From contig JAFXGB010000015.1 of NCBI GenBank assembly GCA_017520235.1, positions 1-54,508 on the forward strand: a stretch of DNA of 54,508 bases. The letters are read 5' to 3'. The notes beneath the pieces are model-generated. The model did not search any database. It was given only the letters and a program-made list of their open reading frames with translations, and was not told where the DNA came from. Within the stretch, counting starts at the first letter, position 1. Every line of letters starts with the position of its first letter. The DNA comes from Muribaculaceae bacterium. Lineage in GTDB: Bacteria; Bacteroidota; Bacteroidia; Bacteroidales; Muribaculaceae. This document shows, in pieces, positions 48,076 through 54,508 of this stretch. The position numbers and the translations under genes were made by a program.

Positions 48076-48330
48076 GATATTAGACTATATATTAAGCCCG
48101 AAATTAATAAAAATAGCAAGGTAATAAAAGACAAAAAAGCGGGGTCAACGGCTTTCACATGTGATTGAGCTCGGAGAAAAAATGTAAAAAATATTGGTTT
48201 GAATAGTCCGTAAAAAAATTGAATATACCTTTTGGTTATGCTTTTGATAATTAGCAATACGGAAGCAAAAAATGTGGGGGATGATTCAATGTGTGAACTA
48301 TACTTTTTTACACTAAATTGTTAAGATTGA

Positions 48331-48365
48331 GAAAAAAAAGCTCCGAAGCGATAGGCTCCGGAGCT
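48331..48365 (-). terminator. intrinsic terminator after the small split ORF
   Basis: The minus strand reads AGCTCCG-GAGCCTATCGCTT-CGGAGCT followed by TTTTTTTT. Confidence 0.7.
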
Positions 48366-48494
48366 TCTGCTTTATAGAAATTTAAATCTTATAAGTTCCA
48401 TTACGATAATGTATTTTTTTATATAGCCATTTTTTCGATTTATCATAACTCAATTTTATCCAAGTCCACACCCCAACAATTAATACAAATGCGA

Positions 48495-48602
48495 TCAATA
48501 AAAAAACAGATATTTAAAAGCCAGAGCAACAATCGTAATTGCACCAAGGACTAATGCGACAAAAAAACAAATGAGAATGATTATCAAAAGAATGAGTTCC
48601 AT
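48495..48602 (-). CDS. 35-aa hydrophobic peptide; possibly the 5' half of a frameshifted ~73-aa two-TM protein extending to 48382
   Basis: Below the ORF-track size cutoff. Hand translation gives MELILLIIILICFFVALVLGAITIVALAFKYLFFY*. A TATATTTG -7 box (reverse complement of 48624-48631) lies 21 nt upstream, and a terminator lies at 48331-48365. Confidence 0.3.
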   Translation of the reverse strand: MELILLIIILICFFVALVLGAITIVALAFKYLFFY

Positions 48603-48808
48603 ATCTGAATGTTTTACTTTTTACAAATATAGTCAAATGAAATGACATTGACAAGTGCTCATAAAGGCTTGATTCACAATTATAGCAACATTAGATATTT
48701 CAGCAAGAAATAGCGAAATATTGTGTATTAAAAAGGCTAATCTAATATCGATCACGCTATTAGCAAGCATAATGCAGGCATGGATCTACATTATTGTTAT
48801 TTTTTACC

Positions 48809-50485
48809 CTATTTTGAGAGGCGCCGGCGGGTTGAAACTTCAGGTGCATGGAAGAGATCTTTCATTTCTTGCGGGATGATAAATATATCTTCAGAATCTT
48901 TGGGTCTAATAGCCTCATACCATTTAAATTGAGGGAGATAGAAGATTGATTTTTTTGCAAGATAGAGAGGTGTCATCTTTGCTGTAACCTCAGGCCAAAT
49001 TTTAGAAAATACAATTTTATTATTTTCAATATCGGCAGATAGGAAACTGCTTTCTACGTTTGCAATTTTGTTATAGGTAGAATCGTTTTCTTGAGGGAGT
49101 GTAATTATTTGCACATTTCCGCTAACATCAACGTGAGAGAGCTTGCTGTCGGTGAAATATGCCATCATCTCTTTGCCACTTATCTGGTTGTAAAACTCTT
49201 CGTCAATGTGTTCGGCAACAAATCCAAAATCTGGTAATTTTGCCCAATCAACTGTAGAGTCGTTCATGTGAATGTGAATAACATTTCCAAATATTTGTCT
49301 CACTCCGCTCCATACGATAGGGTGATTGTGCATATACATTATAGAATCTCGTTGCATGAAGCTTAATGAGTCGCACAACCCCTGCAAATCAGAACGATAG
49401 AAACGCACGTTAGGGTGAGCAATCATTACTCGAGTGGTGTCTTCTTTTAGGATAAATGTTCTGATAACTTTACCATGAAGGTATAATGTGTCTTTTTGAG
49501 AATATTCTTTGGCACATGCACGGCCTGTAACGTAGGCGCTATCAGTCAATTGGTTGTAAAAGCCATAATCCCCTTGAATGGATGATTGTCTGATAGAATC
49601 GGTTAGAATCATATTGCCGAACGCTTCACCATACCCATTATTGCGGTCGTAAAAGATAGTATCCCCTGTTAAAGTATTGCCATCTTTAGTTATGATGATT
49701 GAGCGATCATAAAGATCAGAGATATTGGTTTCGGTATTGTAGGTGCCACTTTGTGCTATAATTTTTCCGTCTTTGCTGAAGATGTGAGTAAGGCTGACAA
49801 GTTCAGCAATGTGGGTATTTGTGTTATAGGACAATGTGTCGGTGTACATGTCAAGAGTGTCACCGCGTTCTGAGATATTATTCAAGTGAACATCAAGATA
49901 GAAGTTTGCATCTTTAGTTGATGGGCTATATTCACCTTGAAGAGATTCAAGGCGATTTTGTTTGTCGGTGAGAACTCCACCAACATCATAATATCCAAGA
50001 TCTATTGCAAGATCATAGTTAAATATGTCGGTTTCGAGCATAACTTCTTTATTGATTAGCTTCACTTTTTTCCCCTCATCGGCATAAAGTTTTGCTAATT
50101 CAATATCTCCATTATAGTTTAGTTCATCGGCAAATACAAATAGGGTGTCGCCTTGCTCCATTTTTACATTTCCAAACGCATCTATGGAATTTGTTTGGTC
50201 ATAAAAATGAGCGCTATCGCAATACATAAACATATCTCCCTTGCGAAATTGAACATTACCTACAAGAAGTTGGTAATTTTGCCCATCTTTCATTGATAAC
50301 TTGTCGGCATATTCAAGGAAGACTTTATTTCGTTGATATCTGTCGGCATCGGGTATTGATGGTGATATATGAGATTTTGTTGCACTATTTTGAGCAATCA
50401 GGCTTGGAATAAATAATGCAATACAGCAAAGGGCGATAAAAATCGCCCCAAGTTTTTTATTAAGATTATTATGCTTTTCTGTCAT
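48809..50485 (-). CDS. OstA-like (LptA/LptD N-terminal fold repeat) envelope protein
   Basis: A signal peptide and repeated OstA_N-type beta-jellyroll segments (GNVQFRKGDMFMYCDSAHFY..., GNVKMEQGDTLFVFADELNY...). Its start codon directly abuts the stop of the upstream SurA-like gene. Confidence 0.6.
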   Translation of the reverse strand: MTEKHNNLNKKLGAIFIALCCIALFIPSLIAQNSATKSHISPSIPDADRYQRNKVFLEYADKLSMKDGQNYQLLVGNVQFRKGDMFMYCDSAHFYDQTNSIDAFGNVKMEQGDTLFVFADELNYNGDIELAKLYADEGKKVKLINKEVMLETDIFNYDLAIDLGYYDVGGVLTDKQNRLESLQGEYSPSTKDANFYLDVHLNNISERGDTLDMYTDTLSYNTNTHIAELVSLTHIFSKDGKIIAQSGTYNTETNISDLYDRSIIITKDGNTLTGDTIFYDRNNGYGEAFGNMILTDSIRQSSIQGDYGFYNQLTDSAYVTGRACAKEYSQKDTLYLHGKVIRTFILKEDTTRVMIAHPNVRFYRSDLQGLCDSLSFMQRDSIMYMHNHPIVWSGVRQIFGNVIHIHMNDSTVDWAKLPDFGFVAEHIDEEFYNQISGKEMMAYFTDSKLSHVDVSGNVQIITLPQENDSTYNKIANVESSFLSADIENNKIVFSKIWPEVTAKMTPLYLAKKSIFYLPQFKWYEAIRPKDSEDIFIIPQEMKDLFHAPEVSTRRRLSK

Positions 50486-51844
50486 CTATTTTTTTGCTTT
50501 GTTCCACCCTTTGTGCTCAAATTCGCAGTTTTGCCAACTTTCTTCAATGCGCACATAAGTGTCTTTAATCTTTTTGTCAAGCCACTCTTTCAAGATTTTG
50601 CTTTTGGCAGCATCTTCATACATTCCTTTAATCATTTGGTAATCGTCTGAAAGGTTGGCTTTGTGGGCGTCAATGCGGTTGGTGAGTTTAACGATGGCAA
50701 CAATATCGCGATTATTTTTAGTGCTTTTCATAATGAAAGGCTTAGAAATTTCGCCAACTTGCATGCCGTTTACTACTTTGGCAATTTCTTGGGGCAAGTG
50801 AGACATTTCAAAACGAGTAGTATTGTTGTTTTCGTTGTTCATTACACCTCTACTGAAGCGAGTGTCTTTATCTTGAGAAATAAATGGAACAGCTTCTTCA
50901 AATGTAAATTTATTATTTAAGATATCAGTGCGAATAGAATCTAAGCGACCCACAGCGACTTCGAGGTCTTTGTCTGATACTTTTGGACGAAGGAGAATGT
51001 GGCGAGTGTTGATGCGATCTCCTCGTTTCTCAATTAATTGAATAATGTGAAAGCCATATTCTGTTTCTACAATTTTTGAAACTTTTTTAGTGTCGTTCAG
51101 GTTGAATGCAACTGCTGCATATTCAGGGACTAATGCGCTACGACCTCTAAATCCTATTTCGCCACCATGCACACTACTGCCATCTTCTGAATATAGGATA
51201 GCAAGAGTAGAGAAATCAGCTTCTCCACTATTAATTCTATTGGAATATTCTCGTAGTCTTGATTTTACCTCGTCAATTTCTTCACGAGGAATTTCAGGAT
51301 TTAGTGTCATTATTTGTACTTCTACTTGCATTGGTACAAATGGGATACTATCAGCTTCAAGTTTATCAAAGTATCGGCGCACATCAGAAGGTGTTGTCTT
51401 TAAGTCTTTGGTGAGAGAGTGCTGCACCATTCTGATTTTTTGTGTGTTACGAGAGTTCTCTTTTAATGTTTCTCTTAATTCAGGGATAGATTTGTTGAAA
51501 TATTCTTCAACTTTTTCTTTAGAGCCCAAATTGGTGATGAAATAGTTGATGCGAGAGTCGACTTCTTGAGAAATCATGCTTTCTTGTACTTCAACAGTGT
51601 CAAGTTCAGCTTGATGTAGATAAAGTTTTTCTACCGCAATTCGTTCAGGAATTGCGCAATATGGGTTACCATTAATGGGGATGCGCTCATATTGCATCTG
51701 TTGATACATTTCTTCAATTTCAGATTTCCAAATAGGTTGGTCTCCAACTACCCATGCAACTTCTTCGGCAATGTTGTTTTGGGCTGATGTATATGATGCG
51801 AATCCTACGCATGCTAAGCAAAATGCAAGTACTTTAAGTTTCAC
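50486..51844 (-). CDS. surA: SurA-like periplasmic chaperone / parvulin peptidyl-prolyl isomerase
   Basis: A signal peptide, a SurA_N-like region and a parvulin domain (FSTLAILYSEDGSSVHGGEIGF...ETEYGFHIIQLIE) followed by a second degenerate one. Confidence 0.78.
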   Translation of the reverse strand: MKLKVLAFCLACVGFASYTSAQNNIAEEVAWVVGDQPIWKSEIEEMYQQMQYERIPINGNPYCAIPERIAVEKLYLHQAELDTVEVQESMISQEVDSRINYFITNLGSKEKVEEYFNKSIPELRETLKENSRNTQKIRMVQHSLTKDLKTTPSDVRRYFDKLEADSIPFVPMQVEVQIMTLNPEIPREEIDEVKSRLREYSNRINSGEADFSTLAILYSEDGSSVHGGEIGFRGRSALVPEYAAVAFNLNDTKKVSKIVETEYGFHIIQLIEKRGDRINTRHILLRPKVSDKDLEVAVGRLDSIRTDILNNKFTFEEAVPFISQDKDTRFSRGVMNNENNNTTRFEMSHLPQEIAKVVNGMQVGEISKPFIMKSTKNNRDIVAIVKLTNRIDAHKANLSDDYQMIKGMYEDAAKSKILKEWLDKKIKDTYVRIEESWQNCEFEHKGWNKAKK

Positions 51845-51895
51845 GCTTATATCTTTTAAAATGAATTACAAAGGTACGTTTTTATTACTAATTTA

Positions 51896-52768
51896 TCACG
51901 ATTCTAAATCACATAAAATCTTAATTTCTCCATCTTCTAAGCCAATATTGAACAATTCGTTGCGCAATTCTTGGTCATATTTCATCCGATTTTGATTTAT
52001 CAATGTTTCTTTGATGGATTGAGAGGCAATTTCGAGTGGAATAATTTTGCCTGTTGGGATGAAATCAGAGATATTTAATAGGTAGGTAAATCCTCCTATT
52101 GATGTCTCGATATTTTTATTGTTTTTGATAAATACATCGGGGTTATTGCCGAAGTCGTAAGGAATTTTTGATTCTATTTGTTCCCAATCAATCCATTTAT
52201 CTCTAAAATAATCATAGTGAATAGCCTCGGAGTAACACAATTTTTCGAGTTGGTCAATTTCTTGAGGCTTGTTTGAGCGATATAGCTTTTTTAATTGGTT
52301 AATGTTTGCAGCATTGTCGGGTATTTTAATATAAATCCCCTTAATATATGGGCGAGTAGCAATAAAATCTTGTTTGTGGGCTTCATAGTATGTCGCGATA
52401 GAGTCAGCTGATAGCTCTTTGTCGGCATGACTTTCATACATTCGTTGACGATATTCCCACATGATTAATTCATTGCGATATTTTGCTACCATCTCATCGA
52501 TCTTTGACATGTCGCTGATGTTCTTGGCTGCAATTTCACCAACGAGTTTGCTGTCAATCCATGCTTTTATATAGGCACGAGCAAATTTTGTACTATCACT
52601 TTCTGATAGCCCATAAGGAAAATCTTTTGCTAAATCATTTTTAGTGAGTATTTCATTACCCACTTTTACCAATATATCCCCATCCTCAATTCTATCATTT
52701 TTGCCACATGAAGAGGTTATAAATAATAGAACTAACAGAATGGGGATATATTGAGTATAGATTTTCAT
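51896..52768 (-). CDS. SurA-N/PPIase-like chaperone lipoprotein
   Basis: A lipoprotein signal (LLFITSSCGK). The sequence resembles the chaperone module of PpiD/SurA-family proteins, and I see no clear parvulin catalytic motif. Confidence 0.5.
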   Translation of the reverse strand: MKIYTQYIPILLVLLFITSSCGKNDRIEDGDILVKVGNEILTKNDLAKDFPYGLSESDSTKFARAYIKAWIDSKLVGEIAAKNISDMSKIDEMVAKYRNELIMWEYRQRMYESHADKELSADSIATYYEAHKQDFIATRPYIKGIYIKIPDNAANINQLKKLYRSNKPQEIDQLEKLCYSEAIHYDYFRDKWIDWEQIESKIPYDFGNNPDVFIKNNKNIETSIGGFTYLLNISDFIPTGKIIPLEIASQSIKETLINQNRMKYDQELRNELFNIGLEDGEIKILCDLES

Positions 52769-52850
52769 TGTTTTATCGCTTAATATTTATCCCAAAATTA
52801 GTGAAAATAGGGGAGTTAAGCGATATTCTTTTGCAGAAAATCAATGTTGC

Positions 52851-54458
52851 TTATTGTTTTTTAATTTTATTAAGGACCTTTTTGTTGATTTTTACAGGAT
52901 ATTTCTCATGAAGAGATTTAACCCATTCTTTTTCAAGTACTGCTTGGTAGTCTGATGTAACAGGTCCGCGCACATCTGCAGCTTCTTCGGCCCAACTAAT
53001 TTTTCGACCATTGTAGGGGATATAGCATTTCCATTTCCCTTTTAATTCAGGGGTTTTGCCATTGAATGCGATATTATCGATTATTTCGTTTTCGCCTTTA
53101 CCGGCAATTACACGTTCAACTTTAACATTGCGACCAAACTCCTTGCGTAAAACAATTGATAATGAGTCATTTGATGGCTTGTTTACGTTAAGGAAATTTT
53201 CGATCTCGTTTTTGATAGAGTCGTTTGTTGTAAAGATTACATATCCTTTATATTTAGGACCATCCCATGAGTATTTGTATTTGTTCTTTTGGAAATATGC
53301 TTCAAGACCTTCTTTATCCTTTGATGCCTTTTCCCAAACATTGCGATTGCTTATTTCAAATAGTAGCATACCATCGCGATACTCGTTTATGAGGTTACGG
53401 AAATCGGCATATTTTGAATCAAGAGTAGATGCTTCATATTCGAGAGTTCTTGCGTCAAGAAGGCTTTCGGCACGTTCTCTCAATACGTTATAGCCACTCT
53501 CAGGAGTAACGCGAGCGATTGTTGGCATAGCTTTGATAACTTCAGCAAGAGTTAACTCTAATTGGCCTGCTTTACCCACAACGAGTGGATTATTGGTATA
53601 TTGACGAATGAATGTTGAGTCATAGCCATTGTTTTCAGCCAGCATCTTTTTGATTTCTTCCATTGAAGATTCAATGATGTGAGTTTTGTGTTCTGCTTTA
53701 AGGGCCGCAAGTTTTGTGCGTTCAGGAAGAGTTGAGCGTTCATCGCCGGCGATTATATTCAAAATGTCTTGGCGAGCTTCTTCAACAGCAGGAACTGCTT
53801 TGCTGTCGATTTTGTGTATGATGTGATATCCATAAGCAGTTGCAAAAGGTTCAGAGATAGCTCCATTTTCAAGTGCAAAAGCTACATCTTCAAACTCTTT
53901 AACCATTTCACCTGTGCCAAACCAAGGGAGCATACCGCCATTGCGTTTGCTACCTGGGTCATCGCTTTCGCGACCTGCTACTTCCGAGAAATCAGCACCG
54001 GCTTTAACCACTTTATAGATTGAATCGATTTCGGCTTTTTTAGCAACAGCTTTTTCAGGGGTAAGCCCTTGTGTAAATTTCAAAATGTGTTGAGCAAGCA
54101 CCTTGCCACTGCTTGGACGACGACCATGCACCTTAACGATGTGCAAGCCAAATGGTGACTCTATTACTTCAGAGATACCACCCACGGGAGTGTCGTAAGC
54201 AGCTTCTTCAAAAGCATATGGATATTTGTTTACCGAGATGAAGCCCATGCGACCTTTGTTAAATTTCACTGAGCCGTCAATCGAAAATTTCATCGCATTG
54301 TCTTCAAAGCTTGCGCCGTTGAGGATTTCTGTGCGTATGCTGTCAAGTTTAGTTCTGTAGAATGATGACTTGGGGACGTCGAGAGGCATCATGATGTGAC
54401 TTACATCAACATCCTCTTTCATGTGGTCATGTACAACTTGAATTAAACTATCTTCCAC
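52851..54458 (-). CDS. PpiD-like protein with two parvulin PPIase domains; N-terminus unresolved or disrupted at the window edge
   Basis: Two parvulin domains (VSHIMMPL...SPFGLHIVKV and AQHILKF...DDPGSKRNGGMLPWF...TAYGYHIIHKI). The ORF opens with GTG, has no signal peptide, and has an in-frame TGA at 54489-54491 just upstream. Confidence 0.65.
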   Translation of the reverse strand: MEDSLIQVVHDHMKEDVDVSHIMMPLDVPKSSFYRTKLDSIRTEILNGASFEDNAMKFSIDGSVKFNKGRMGFISVNKYPYAFEEAAYDTPVGGISEVIESPFGLHIVKVHGRRPSSGKVLAQHILKFTQGLTPEKAVAKKAEIDSIYKVVKAGADFSEVAGRESDDPGSKRNGGMLPWFGTGEMVKEFEDVAFALENGAISEPFATAYGYHIIHKIDSKAVPAVEEARQDILNIIAGDERSTLPERTKLAALKAEHKTHIIESSMEEIKKMLAENNGYDSTFIRQYTNNPLVVGKAGQLELTLAEVIKAMPTIARVTPESGYNVLRERAESLLDARTLEYEASTLDSKYADFRNLINEYRDGMLLFEISNRNVWEKASKDKEGLEAYFQKNKYKYSWDGPKYKGYVIFTTNDSIKNEIENFLNVNKPSNDSLSIVLRKEFGRNVKVERVIAGKGENEIIDNIAFNGKTPELKGKWKCYIPYNGRKISWAEEAADVRGPVTSDYQAVLEKEWVKSLHEKYPVKINKKVLNKIKKQ

Positions 54459-54508
54459 CGATGTATCGCGAAGATAGGGGCGAGCCTGTCACAGTATTAT
54501 TTGGAGGA

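Noticed and set aside
48057-48257. 66-aa minus-strand ORF next to tRNA-Met
   Set aside because: It runs through the tRNA terminator hairpin, has a low-complexity AT-rich translation, and has no promoter box or terminator of its own.
1-54508. Search for CRISPR arrays, IS elements, integrases, phage or conjugative genes, and toxin-antitoxin or defence-system gene sets
   Set aside because: None found. There are no regularly spaced direct repeats, no transposase or recombinase motifs in any ORF, and every multi-gene cluster is explained by housekeeping or envelope functions.

Overview
This 54.5 kb window looks like ordinary chromosomal core sequence from a Bacteroidales-type genome. The assignment rests on an estimated GC content near 40% (by eye), TAnnTTTG -7 promoter boxes, a T9SS C-terminal sorting domain, an ExbB-ExbD-ExbD-TonB cluster and a SurA/PpiD/OstA-like cluster. 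I call about 45 protein genes, 2 tRNAs (Ser-GCT, Met/CAT), one TPP riboswitch with its attenuator, and several intrinsic terminators and promoters. Most genes are housekeeping: gpmI, recJ-recQ, mscS, mltG, rsgA, class I fumarase, tamB, dxs-trkA-trkH and envelope chaperones. I found no CRISPR array, integrase, transposase, phage genes, toxin-antitoxin pair or recognisable defence island. I do not see a convincing new system. The least ordinary locus is a seven-gene thiamine operon (2096-7750, minus strand) behind the TPP riboswitch. It combines salvage genes (thiM, thiD, a thiE-tenA fusion) with a non-cysteine eukaryote/archaeal-type Thi4 thiazole synthase, three ThiE-fold proteins, and an uncharacterised SAM methyltransferase as the first gene. 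Smaller oddities are:
- a promoter- and terminator-bounded small membrane ORF split at a T7 homopolymer next to tRNA-Met;
- a PpiD-like gene whose N-terminus is out of frame at the window edge;
- a T9SS-sorted peptidoglycan amidase;
- a TonB-C-terminal-domain-only lipoprotein paralog.
All product calls come from reading motifs in the translations. No database search was possible.
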